The notes under the pieces: generated by a model | Seen by the model: only the letters and a program-made list of their open reading frames with translations | What the model was told of the DNA's origin: nothing | The model's database searches: none | Shown here: in pieces, positions 16,000-25,079 of the stretch | How the letters are laid out: each line of letters starts with the position of its first letter | How positions within the stretch are numbered: the stretch's first letter is position 1 | Virus record (IMG/VR): IMGVR_UViG_3300046615_000208 | Location: 107,753-171,752 of that record | DNA length: 64,000 bases | DNA from: a virus | Taxonomy: Duplodnaviria > Caudoviricetes | Reading direction: 5' to 3' (one strand) | Made by a program: the position numbers and the translations under genes

Positions 16000-16077
16000 T
16001 GCTGCCCAATTACTTTTTAACACTACATATTCTCATAAATGCTATACTGGGTTGACCATCTATCAGAGGAAACCAGC

Positions 16078-16551
16078 ATGAGAAACAACCTAAAGCGTGT
16101 TCTGGGGGATACTCGGAAGGTGATATCTACGCGTTGGTCTGCTTCAAACCTACATGTTCCGTCATGGGCAATCAACGCGGTTATCTATATAACTCTCATT
16201 CGATCCTTCTCGTACGGTGTTGAACTGTTTATCTTGGGTAACTCCGCCGCTGTATCCCCTCTGGCTGTCTACACAGCTATATTGGGAATCCATATTTGGG
16301 GGGCATTGATTCTTGTCGGTGTACTTGTACTGTCTACCGGTCTCCTGCTACGTAATTCCATAGTTGTCACTGTGGGTGTACTGCTGTGTGTCGCTGTGTG
16401 GGCTTCCCTCGGGATAACCCTCACTTTCGGGGCACTAGTAGTCGGCACCGGACTCCGGTTTGCGATTGCTGCACTGGCAACTGCTGCGACATGGGCAGTA
16501 TTCTTTGGCCTACAGCTAAAGACGATTCGCAGAAATGGGGTTGAATCGTAA
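16078..16551 (+). CDS. multi-pass membrane protein
   Basis: About four hydrophobic helices; GAGGA RBS. Confidence 0.75.
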   Translation: MRNNLKRVLGDTRKVISTRWSASNLHVPSWAINAVIYITLIRSFSYGVELFILGNSAAVSPLAVYTAILGIHIWGALILVGVLVLSTGLLLRNSIVVTVGVLLCVAVWASLGITLTFGALVVGTGLRFAIAALATAATWAVFFGLQLKTIRRNGVES

Positions 16552-17258
16552 TGAAGTTTTACAGGTACCTTTCGTGGGTTATTATCGGCTTCACAGTCGT
16601 TGTCGCCCTGTTAGGTACAGTATCTGCGGCTGAGGCGTCGGTAACCCCGACAACGTCCGTTTCACAGGTACTCGTACCCACCCCGGCCCCTACGCCTAAT
16701 ACGGCAAAAGACCCGTCCACTGTGGCACAGCCTAGCTCACCGGGAGTACTGGAGCAATTCGGTCCTCCGGGCGTTATCATTACTACTGTGTTGACAGGTG
16801 TCCTCATGATTATTAAGTCAATCAATGAAGGTAAGAAGATTGACGTAACTACATATAAGGAACGAGCGGCTGATGCAGAAGCCCGTTCCAATGAGGAAAT
16901 CGGTAAGGTCCACAAGAAGCTCGGGGAGCTTGAAAAGAAGCTTGACGAAGTTATTGCAGACCGAGATGAATACAGGGACACACTAGAAGAGCGCAAGGCA
17001 CACTTCACACGGCAAATTCTGGATATGGAACGTCGTCACCAGAGGGAACTCGAAGATATGCACTCTGCTCTAATGGTAGAAGTTCACACCCGTCACAGGC
17101 TCGAAAGAATCTTGGCGGAGAATGGAATAGCGGTACCACAAACACCGCCTCCATATACCCAATCCATGAAGGCAGAGGTCACAGTCCAAGACCGTGTAGA
17201 GGCTACAGCCTCCACAGCCTCCATGAGGGTACTACGAGAATCCGAAGAATCAGAATAA
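16551..17258 (+). CDS. membrane protein with coiled coil, probably lysis-associated
   Basis: Signal/TM segment, P/T linker, second TM, long coiled coil. Confidence 0.7.
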   Translation: MKFYRYLSWVIIGFTVVVALLGTVSAAEASVTPTTSVSQVLVPTPAPTPNTAKDPSTVAQPSSPGVLEQFGPPGVIITTVLTGVLMIIKSINEGKKIDVTTYKERAADAEARSNEEIGKVHKKLGELEKKLDEVIADRDEYRDTLEERKAHFTRQILDMERRHQRELEDMHSALMVEVHTRHRLERILAENGIAVPQTPPPYTQSMKAEVTVQDRVEATASTASMRVLRESEESE

Positions 17259-17277
17259 CATCCCCTAAGGAGTAAAC

Positions 17278-17712
17278 ATGGATGCAGCACTACTTATTTT
17301 CCTAGGCCTTTTGGCCCCGTTCCTCACAGCGGCACTTAACCGTGTAGGCTGGACAGCTAAGACCAAGCACCTCGTTGCGTTTGGTGTGTCCATTGTTCTT
17401 GCAGTGTTCTGGTTGGTAGTTACAGGCGGCTTTGCCGTCTTCGACGTACCAGCTATTATTGCTGCAATGCCTGCAATTTACACCATCTCGCAGGCCGTAT
17501 ACGCATTCTTTGTCAAGAATATCGCTTCAAAACTGGAAGCAGCCACCGACAAGAATGCTGTTGTCATTTCACCGGCTGAGGAACCTGACAAAGTGATCGT
17601 GACATCCAACGACACCATTGAGGTCTCCAACGAAACTGGCGCACCCGCCAACGTTGAGACTTCTGCCCCTGTCAGGGTAGACACCGTTGAAGAGAACGAA
17701 CCACGAGGCTAA
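17278..17712 (+). CDS. putative holin
   Basis: Two to three TM helices with P..TA.L...W..K.K pattern and acidic tail; AAGGAG RBS. Confidence 0.6.
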   Translation: MDAALLIFLGLLAPFLTAALNRVGWTAKTKHLVAFGVSIVLAVFWLVVTGGFAVFDVPAIIAAMPAIYTISQAVYAFFVKNIASKLEAATDKNAVVISPAEEPDKVIVTSNDTIEVSNETGAPANVETSAPVRVDTVEENEPRG

Positions 17713-17722
17713 CACTAAGTGA

Positions 17723-17756
17723 ACACAGGGGGCATCCTACGGGGTGCCCTTTGTGT
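17723..17756 (+). terminator. intrinsic terminator
   Basis: ACACAGGGGGCATCC / GGGTGCCCTTTGTGT. Confidence 0.75.
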
Positions 17757-17785
17757 TTGACTGGACCTGTAAAATCGGGTATACT
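17757..17785 (+). promoter_or_regulatory. sigma-A promoter, leaderless, heading the SLOG/NARP operon
   Basis: TTGACT-17-TATACT-6 nt-ATG(17792). Confidence 0.8.
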
Positions 17786-17791
17786 TATAGC

Positions 17792-18085
17792 ATGATGCAC
17801 ATTCGAACTGAAGAGGGGGTATACAGGATTGACCGATACCCTCACGACACAACAAAAATCATCGTTGTCTCGCGTAGCCGTGAGGCTCTGCTCTCTATGG
17901 TCGATAGCATCGAACTAGCGGGTACGGCTGAAGACGAAGACTTTGACGACCTCTACATCTATTCACTCATGGATGATCAACTGCGTTTGTGGTACGAACT
18001 GGTCCTCGACCGTAGCACCTTGAAACTGTGGTTCAACTTTGAACTCGAACACTATCAACATCTTGACGGGATTTTCAATGTTTAA
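17792..18085 (+). CDS. hypothetical protein
   Basis: Start fixed by the leaderless promoter. Confidence 0.7.
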   Translation: MMHIRTEEGVYRIDRYPHDTTKIIVVSRSREALLSMVDSIELAGTAEDEDFDDLYIYSLMDDQLRLWYELVLDRSTLKLWFNFELEHYQHLDGIFNV

Positions 18086-18299
18086 AAAAGCTCTTGACTA
18101 CCTTAGCGGCCTGTCATGGTTCCTGATTCTGGCCTTTGCACTCATGGCAGTATCCGTAGGCTACATGCTCTTCGGTTTACTTGGTTTTGCATTCTACTGG
18201 TTGCTGCTGGCCCTGTTCATGCTCGGTGCCTCGTTCCGCGAGCCGCCTAGAGTCATTACCAAAACCGCACAGGGCGTGAAGGTTACCACTAAGAAGTGA
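18078..18299 (+). CDS. small membrane protein
   Basis: Two hydrophobic helices. Confidence 0.65.
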   Translation: MFKKALDYLSGLSWFLILAFALMAVSVGYMLFGLLGFAFYWLLLALFMLGASFREPPRVITKTAQGVKVTTKK

Positions 18300-18661
18300 G
18301 AATACTGATTACTGGCTCCCGGACTTGGACAGATGTGTCCTGTATCATCGAAGCAATCACCGATGTAGTCCGGGAGTCCGGTGTCTCCAAGGAAGACACC
18401 GTGATCGTACACGGAGCCTGCCCTCGCGGGGCAGACGCAATCGCGGATGCACTGGCCGTCCAGTGGGGAGTTGCAGTAGAAAGACACGCCGCTAACTGGC
18501 GAGAACACGGGCGCAGAGCAGGTTTTGTCCGCAACGCCGAGATGGCCGAGCTTGGCGCTGACGTTTGCCTCGCTTTCAACCACAACAACTCAAACGGCAC
18601 AAAGATGATGGCAGACCTGACTCAGAAAGCAGGCATCCCTACTAAAATTTACAGGAGATAG
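18296..18661 (+). CDS. SLOG-family protein (YspA/DUF2493-like)
   Basis: RILITGSR, VHGACPRGAD, AGFVRNAEM, SNGT motifs. Confidence 0.88.
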   Translation: MRILITGSRTWTDVSCIIEAITDVVRESGVSKEDTVIVHGACPRGADAIADALAVQWGVAVERHAANWREHGRRAGFVRNAEMAELGADVCLAFNHNNSNGTKMMADLTQKAGIPTKIYRR

Positions 18662-18662
18662 A

Positions 18663-19118
18663 ATGGACCCACTAATAGCTCTCACGATACTGGGAAGTGT
18701 CGTGGTGGCAATAATGCAGCACTATGCTTCGTGGAGTCGCGCGAAGACGGAGCAGATCGAACAGGCACAGGTACAAGAAGAACCCATCGAGGATATCCTA
18801 GACCGGTATCGCAGGTCTCGCAGGCAGCGTAGGGTTGACCAGAAAACCGCATGGGACGAATGGTACTTTCTTTCCCTGCCTATAGAGGAACACCCTGAGT
18901 ATTTCGAGTTGAACCTAGCAACAGACAATGTCGATTCCTTCACCCAGAAGAGTGCCGATGGTATGATCTGCGCACAGTTTGAATTCAGGTCGAACAGCCG
19001 AGGACAGGCATATAATCTGGAGATCGACCACGTAACCCAGATGGCAAAGGTAAGCACAGGAAAAATCTCTTGGGAAGTTCCGCTCCATCGAGTTGACAAC
19101 TGGAGACAACTCACGTAG
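18663..19118 (+). CDS. membrane-anchored hypothetical protein
   Basis: N-terminal TM helix; AGGAG RBS. Confidence 0.7.
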   Translation: MDPLIALTILGSVVVAIMQHYASWSRAKTEQIEQAQVQEEPIEDILDRYRRSRRQRRVDQKTAWDEWYFLSLPIEEHPEYFELNLATDNVDSFTQKSADGMICAQFEFRSNSRGQAYNLEIDHVTQMAKVSTGKISWEVPLHRVDNWRQLT

Positions 19119-19127
19119 ACTATAGTC

Positions 19128-20036
19128 ATGATCACATACAAGGCAAAGACAAGTAACGGAGAGATCATCAAGTCCGCTCTCTCCCCTTTCACCTTCCCAG
19201 CAGGGGAAGCGCACACAAAGCGCGAAGAGCGCCGCGAACTGGAACCCACCGAGATCGCAATCCTCCAGTTCTCTCCCGAATCGATCCACGATGACCTGTT
19301 CCAGCTTGCCATGTGGAGCAATACGGTCTTCAGTGAATCCGGTAAGATCAAGCGTGTTGCAATCATCCCTTACTTCCCCGGTGCACGTGCCGACCGTGGT
19401 ACTCCTTTCGGCGCTGAAGTCTACGTGGAGTTCGTCTACTCCCTGATGCTCGATCAGGTCATCACCTACGACCCACACTCTGAGGTCTACGTTAAGCTTC
19501 TCCAGAATGATCCGGCCCTGACGGTCACTCCCGTCTACCCGCACGAGACTCTGGGGACCATGACTGCACAGATCACTATGCCCAACGTCTATGACGGTGT
19601 CATTGCACCCGACAAGGGTGCAAAGGTGCGTGCAGGCGCTGTGGCTCGTGAACTAAATCTGCCTCTGTACACTGCCACCAAGACTCGTGACTTCGAGACA
19701 GGCAAGCTCAACGGTTTCGGTATGGAGCAGACTCTTCCCAATGATGGTCTTTACCTTATCGTGGACGACATCTGCGACGGTGGTGGTACCTTCGTCGGAC
19801 TGGCTAACCACCTTCAGGAGACCACAGAGAACATCCGACTTGACTTGTACGTCTCTCACGGTGTATTCTCTAAGAGTGCCCTAGAGAACCTCGAAAAGGC
19901 ATTCTCCAAAATCTTCACCACAGACTCCTATGACCCGCATCGGAGCCTGACCACCCGAGTTTCCGAATTCCAAGATGACTCTACGTGTTTCCACCGTATT
20001 GACATCATTCGGCCCCTACTTCAGAAAGTGAACTAA
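19128..20036 (+). CDS. prs: ribose-phosphate pyrophosphokinase-like protein (probable NARP1 ADPR-PP synthetase, Adps)
   Basis: FPAGE, PYFPGARADR, DPHS, APDKGA, IVDDICDGGGTF, VSHG. Confidence 0.9.
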   Translation: MITYKAKTSNGEIIKSALSPFTFPAGEAHTKREERRELEPTEIAILQFSPESIHDDLFQLAMWSNTVFSESGKIKRVAIIPYFPGARADRGTPFGAEVYVEFVYSLMLDQVITYDPHSEVYVKLLQNDPALTVTPVYPHETLGTMTAQITMPNVYDGVIAPDKGAKVRAGAVARELNLPLYTATKTRDFETGKLNGFGMEQTLPNDGLYLIVDDICDGGGTFVGLANHLQETTENIRLDLYVSHGVFSKSALENLEKAFSKIFTTDSYDPHRSLTTRVSEFQDDSTCFHRIDIIRPLLQKVN

Positions 20037-20039
20037 GAC

Positions 20040-21551
20040 ATGTTTCTCCTTAACCCGCTTCTCGCAACCGACTCCTACAAGCTCTCCCACATCTTCATGT
20101 ACCCGGATGGTCTGGAACATGTAGAGTCCAACTACACCAACCGCAAGTCCCGCGTCGAGGGAATCAACCATGTCGTCCAGTTCGGGCTTCAGGCGTGGCT
20201 GAAGGACCTGACCGAGTCCTACGAGCGCTTTTTCGCTGCGGACAAGGACAAGGTCATCAACGAATACAAGGACAATGTGGCCACCTTCGTCTCCCCCGGC
20301 TTCACGCTGGCACACGTCGAGGCCCTGCATGACCTTGGCTACCTCCCGATCCAGTTCTCCGCAGCCCCGGAAGGCTCCCTTGTTCCGATTGGCGTTCCGT
20401 CAATCCTGATCAAGTCCACGCACAAGGACTTCGCATGGCTGGTAAACTACCTCGAATCCGACCTCTCGGCAGGTGTGTGGCACCCGTCCACCGTTGCCAC
20501 CCTTGCGTGGAGCCTTCGTCGCGTCTTCGAGAAGGCCGCACGAGACACTGGCGGAGCCATGGAAGCTGTTGACTTCCAAGTCCACGACTTCTCCTACCGT
20601 GGGCAGGTCAACCGTGAAGCTGCCATGGCCTCCGGTGCCGCACACCTTCTCTCCTTCAAGGGTTCAGACGGTGTTCCGGTTGTGCCTTGGGTTAATTACT
20701 ACTACCCCGGAGAAGACAACGGCGACATCGCGTACTCTGTTCCGGCAACGGAACACTCTGTGATGTGCCTTGGTGGCGAAGAGGACGAACTCGAAACGTT
20801 CCGCCGCCTGCTGAAGCAGTTCCCGACCGGTATCCTCTCCATCGTGTCCGACACGTGGGACTTCTTCAAGGTTCTCACCGAGTACCTTCCGGCACTCAAG
20901 GACGAAATCCTTGCTCGTGACGGCAAGCTCGTCATTCGCCCGGACTCCGGCGATCCCGCAGATATCATTTGCGGTACGGTAGGTATGCGTTTCCCGCGTC
21001 TCTCAAAGGATGCGACAGACTCCGCAAAGGAAGCTAAGGGTGCCATGGAAATCCTTGCAGACCTGTTCGGTACCACGACCAACGAGGCCGGATTTGAAGA
21101 ACTCGACTCCCACATCGGCCTGATTTACGGCGACGGCATGTACAAGGAGCGCATCGAGGACATCAACGCCCGCCTCAAGGCCAAGGGCTTCGTCTCCACC
21201 GTCTGGGTTTCCGGTATCGGCTCCTTTCAGTACCAGATGAACACCCGTGACACCTTCGGCTCGGCTGTCAAGGCTACCTTCGGCATCGTCAACGGAGAAG
21301 GCCGCAACGTCCAGAAGAACCCGAAGACTGACGATGGCACCAAGAAGTCCGCCAAGGGCCGACTGGCTGTCCTGCATCAGGCCAACGGCAACCTCTACCT
21401 CGTACAGGATGCCACGGATGAGCAGATTGCGAACTCCGTCCTCAAGCCCGTATGGGAAGACGGCAAGTTCCTGAAGGAGTACTCCTTCAACGAATCCCGC
21501 GAAAACCTGAAGCGCACCACCGGAATCCTCGAAAGGAATGGCAGCATTTAA
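20040..21551 (+). CDS. nadV: nicotinamide phosphoribosyltransferase-like protein (probable NARP1 Namat)
   Basis: TDSYKLSH, HDFSYRG, SVPATEHS, VSDTWD, IRPDSGDP, IYGDG, KNPKTDDGTKKSAKG. Confidence 0.93.
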   Translation: MFLLNPLLATDSYKLSHIFMYPDGLEHVESNYTNRKSRVEGINHVVQFGLQAWLKDLTESYERFFAADKDKVINEYKDNVATFVSPGFTLAHVEALHDLGYLPIQFSAAPEGSLVPIGVPSILIKSTHKDFAWLVNYLESDLSAGVWHPSTVATLAWSLRRVFEKAARDTGGAMEAVDFQVHDFSYRGQVNREAAMASGAAHLLSFKGSDGVPVVPWVNYYYPGEDNGDIAYSVPATEHSVMCLGGEEDELETFRRLLKQFPTGILSIVSDTWDFFKVLTEYLPALKDEILARDGKLVIRPDSGDPADIICGTVGMRFPRLSKDATDSAKEAKGAMEILADLFGTTTNEAGFEELDSHIGLIYGDGMYKERIEDINARLKAKGFVSTVWVSGIGSFQYQMNTRDTFGSAVKATFGIVNGEGRNVQKNPKTDDGTKKSAKGRLAVLHQANGNLYLVQDATDEQIANSVLKPVWEDGKFLKEYSFNESRENLKRTTGILERNGSI

Positions 21552-21745
21552 TGGAATGGCTCAAAACCCTACTCTACGGCAAGAAGCTGACACACAACAG
21601 AGTCTTCTACATGTCCAAAGCCCCTAACCCCAAGAAGGGGTGGCTGAAAAAATCAGCCCTCATGGTCGGTGACCTTTGGTTCGACACTTCCCATACGCCG
21701 CATGTGTGGGCAGACGGACGCTGGAAGAAACTGGGCACTGACTAA
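21551..21745 (+). CDS. small Trp-rich protein (GDLWFDT motif)
   Basis: TAATG coupling to the NAMPT-like gene. Confidence 0.6.
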   Translation: MEWLKTLLYGKKLTHNRVFYMSKAPNPKKGWLKKSALMVGDLWFDTSHTPHVWADGRWKKLGTD

Positions 21746-21930
21746 TGGCAGAACTATGGCTTGACAGCTTCCCACCACCTAGGAAAGAATCATGGTGGCG
21801 AAAAGTTTTTGTCCTCAGACCCGGAGATGTATGGGAGCAACGGGTCAATGAGTGGGGAGTGTGGGACGAAGACGCTCTAAGCCGTTGGGTATGGGACGGT
21901 AAAAAGTGGGACGAACTTGATACCGACTAG
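21745..21930 (+). CDS. small Trp-rich protein (GDVW...WDGKKW)
   Basis: TAATG coupling. Confidence 0.6.
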   Translation: MAELWLDSFPPPRKESWWRKVFVLRPGDVWEQRVNEWGVWDEDALSRWVWDGKKWDELDTD

Positions 21931-21964
21931 TTAACGCTGCCCTACAAGGTGGTATAATAGGAAA

Positions 21965-22477
21965 ATGAATAATCTATCCTCCCCACCTAGCACAGGACTG
22001 CCCTCGCTGTCTGCTGCCACCGTAGAGACCCTAAAAAGCCTACGAGCAACAGACGCGAGGGCTTTCTTGCAGTATGTCCGATCTCTTCGAGCCAATAAAT
22101 GGCCCCACAGAGCCATTGCAGAGGCCCTAGGAGTCTCCAGAACTGCCTCCCTGAACTGGGAGAAGGCTGCGTCAGTTTCAGACCCTCTCGTGGACACTGA
22201 GCGCTTCCCTGCGTCCCCTCCCAAGCGTGTACGCACCCCCAGACATAAGTACACCTTCACAGATAAGCAGATCAAGGAGCTTAGGCATCTCGCCCACGAG
22301 GCTTCCAAGGTTCGTAGGTTTACTGATGCGGATGCTGACTCCCGCAAATCAGCCACTAAGCTTGAGAATCTACTACAACACTACGCTAAGGCAGGGGCAT
22401 CGCTCGGTCAACTAGCGGCCCACTGCGAGGTTTCCCGCTCATCTATCGCTCAAAGACTGAGGAAGTATCAAGATTGA
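21965..22477 (+). CDS. helix-turn-helix DNA-binding protein (two HTH motifs)
   Basis: HRAIAEALGVSRTAS and SLGQLAAHCEVSRSSIAQRL; leaderless TGG-TATAAT promoter. Confidence 0.8.
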   Translation: MNNLSSPPSTGLPSLSAATVETLKSLRATDARAFLQYVRSLRANKWPHRAIAEALGVSRTASLNWEKAASVSDPLVDTERFPASPPKRVRTPRHKYTFTDKQIKELRHLAHEASKVRRFTDADADSRKSATKLENLLQHYAKAGASLGQLAAHCEVSRSSIAQRLRKYQD

Positions 22478-22836
22478 ACGTAACACTAGACTTTGCCCCA
22501 TCAACTAAGTACATCAAACTTGATTTATTCCCTGCTAGCGTGTATACTGGTAGTATTGGTGCGACAGACAATGAGAGAATCTTCTCTGAAGTTCGAGCTA
22601 TCGTGACCAATGACTATATCTACTTCGTTGCGATGGGTCCTGAAGGCCCGTATTTTGCAGTCAAAGAAGAATTAGTCCAATATGACCTTAATTCCACCGG
22701 CATCTCGCTGGCGACCGGAATTAACGGGACATACATTATCGAAAGAGACGGCAACTGCGGATGCGGAACCCGTCTACGGGGTATGCGTCTGCTTCCCGGT
22801 GTGCCAATTACGGCAAGAATCGTAACACTAGAGTAA
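22474..22836 (+). CDS. hypothetical protein (CGCG motif)
   Basis: ORF coupled by TTGA overlap. Confidence 0.7.
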   Translation: MNVTLDFAPSTKYIKLDLFPASVYTGSIGATDNERIFSEVRAIVTNDYIYFVAMGPEGPYFAVKEELVQYDLNSTGISLATGINGTYIIERDGNCGCGTRLRGMRLLPGVPITARIVTLE

Positions 22837-22846
22837 AGGCAAAGAC

Positions 22847-23074
22847 ATGTCATCAAGAATCCCTGATTACAGCAGCTTGGTACAAGGTTCTGTACATCTA
22901 CCCGGCCACGACACCCAGTTTGGATGTGTCTGGTGCGTCAGGGACGACAGTATAGACGGACCCGCGAAAGGCGGAGTCATCTATATGTACGCAGGAACAA
23001 CAACTTGTGCCACCCATTTGAAATCTATATTAGAACAGCAGGCAATAAATGTCACTAATCAACCTACTAGTTGA
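22847..23074 (+). CDS. small Cys/His metal-binding protein
   Basis: CVWC...GTTTCATH. Confidence 0.65.
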   Translation: MSSRIPDYSSLVQGSVHLPGHDTQFGCVWCVRDDSIDGPAKGGVIYMYAGTTTCATHLKSILEQQAINVTNQPTS

Positions 23075-23333
23075 TATCGCAGCAGTCTATCGGCTGACTA
23101 AACTTGTAATTGAGGATGAAATCCTAGCGGACATCCGTGAAAAGGTGTGGGAGAAGTTCCCGCCAGAGAGTACCAAGATTGGGTATCTCACAACTTGTCC
23201 ATGGTGTGTATCAATTTGGATGGCTGGACTGGTATTCGCATTACGCAAGCTAAACCCAGAACTTGCCACCTACATATCGTCTACACTGGCTGCATCAGCC
23301 GCTACCGGAATAGCCTACACCCGAGGCCTCTAG
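23049..23333 (+). CDS. DUF1360-like membrane protein
   Basis: AVYRLTKLV..D.I...R and YLTTCPWCVSIW. Confidence 0.8.
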   Translation: MSLINLLVDIAAVYRLTKLVIEDEILADIREKVWEKFPPESTKIGYLTTCPWCVSIWMAGLVFALRKLNPELATYISSTLAASAATGIAYTRGL

Positions 23334-23382
23334 CTAGCATGGTAGAATTAGACTCATACCATTTTATATTTCCGGAGATGTC

Positions 23383-25041
23383 ATGCCCAATATTTTCCAA
23401 AGAGCTACTGTCGAGGAACCAAATGACAGAAGACAAGCTCTCCCCGCGAATACTCCGAGACCAATCACAGCATCGGCTGTTCGAATCAATCTCAAAGAAA
23501 AGAAAGAAGTCGAAGCTGTTGCCCTTAGGCGACTAGTTGACAAGTGGCAGGAAGAGGCGTGGGACTACTACGACTACATTCCTGAGGTAGCATCCTCAGC
23601 AAATCTTGTTGCCAATGTTCTTTCCAGAATTAACCTTTACGTTGGTTTTGTTTCCGACACATCACAGGCACCCTCCGACATTTCTAAGGTCGAAGGACTG
23701 GACCCCGATCTCGTTGACACAGCCAAAGAGGTACTCTACCTTCTTGAATCTGGAAATGGCGGAACATCTGGTGTCCTCCGAGATGCGGCACTGAACTTCT
23801 TCATTGCGGGCGAGTGCTACTTGGTGCGCGAGCCTGCCCGTTTCTCCAACGGGATGCAGGAGAAGTACCAGATTCGGTCCATCAATGAGATCGTTACAAT
23901 CGAAGCCAACCGTAAGCTCACAGTGGCTATTAAGCCGCGTAGAGACTCAAAGCCTGAAGACTTCATCAAGATTCCTGCAAACGGCGGATACTGTGCACGT
24001 ATGTGGAAGTCTCACCCGCGTTACGGAGATGAAGCGGATTCATCGCTCCGTCCGTTGCTCGAAACCTGTGATTCGTTGCTTCTACTTGAGCGTACCATAA
24101 ACGCGCAGGCAAAGGCAATGCTTCCAGCCGGTATTTTGTTTATTCCGGATGGTCTGTCTAACGGTTACCAGTCTGACGGAGACCTAGAGCCAGAGTTCGA
24201 TGAGAACGGTGACGAGATCGCGCCACTCTCCGACGATGAATCTGAGTCCTTTGAAGAGGCCCTACAGCGTGCGCTCATGTCTCCTTTGACAGATGAAGCC
24301 AACGGTGGTAGTGTTGTACCGTTGATTCTTCGCGGCGCTCCTGAGCTTGGCGAAAAGATCAAGCACATTAACTTGTCCCGTCCGTTCGACCCGTCCCACA
24401 ACAACATGGCTCAGGCTAAGCTTGACCGTATCCTCGGTGGTCTGGATATTCCGAAGGATGTTGCCGCTGGTTTCGCCAGTGTCAAGTACTCCAACGCTAT
24501 CCTCATCGAAGAGCAGTTGTTCAAGGCACACATCGAACCGCTCATCCTGTCTATCTCGGATATGCTTACAACGGCATTTCTACGACAGGCACTGCGTGAG
24601 CAGGGACGCTTTGACGAGAAGGACATCAACAAGGTTGTCGTATGGTATGATCCGTCTGCCATCACAGCTAAGCCTTCTCGCGCAGAGGCAGCTACCACCG
24701 GTTACGAGATCGGTGCAGTGTCTCTGGACGCATGGCGACGTGCAAATGGGTTCTCTGCTACAGATGCACCTACCGAACTTGAGCGTCTACAGCGATTTGG
24801 TATGGAGAAGGGTATGCTCAATGAGGCTACAACCGAAATGGTCATCAACTCTCTCATTCCAGAAGAAATGCAGCAGAAGCTCCGCCAGAGTCAGCTTGCA
24901 AACTCTGACCCAGCCGCTGTAGAATCCCTCGGAAATGCGCTTGGAGATGAAGAAATGCAACCGGTGGAGCCTTCACCAACACCAGCAGCGGATTCCCCTA
25001 CTCCGGTAGAGGCTCCGCCTAACACACTATTGGAGCCATAG
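23383..25041 (+). CDS. portal protein
   Basis: 552 aa; WQEEAWDYYD, GECYL and AGILFIP motifs typical of actinophage portals; first gene of the head module. Confidence 0.85.
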   Translation: MPNIFQRATVEEPNDRRQALPANTPRPITASAVRINLKEKKEVEAVALRRLVDKWQEEAWDYYDYIPEVASSANLVANVLSRINLYVGFVSDTSQAPSDISKVEGLDPDLVDTAKEVLYLLESGNGGTSGVLRDAALNFFIAGECYLVREPARFSNGMQEKYQIRSINEIVTIEANRKLTVAIKPRRDSKPEDFIKIPANGGYCARMWKSHPRYGDEADSSLRPLLETCDSLLLLERTINAQAKAMLPAGILFIPDGLSNGYQSDGDLEPEFDENGDEIAPLSDDESESFEEALQRALMSPLTDEANGGSVVPLILRGAPELGEKIKHINLSRPFDPSHNNMAQAKLDRILGGLDIPKDVAAGFASVKYSNAILIEEQLFKAHIEPLILSISDMLTTAFLRQALREQGRFDEKDINKVVVWYDPSAITAKPSRAEAATTGYEIGAVSLDAWRRANGFSATDAPTELERLQRFGMEKGMLNEATTEMVINSLIPEEMQQKLRQSQLANSDPAAVESLGNALGDEEMQPVEPSPTPAADSPTPVEAPPNTLLEP

Positions 25042-25079
25042 GATTGATGAACATTAGAACAGAAACAAAGGAGTCCTAG

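Noticed and set aside
19128-21551. Classical NAD salvage (NARP2) interpretation
   Set aside because: No NMN adenylyltransferase seen in the window; the PRS-like + NAMPT-like pairing fits NARP1 better, though not proven
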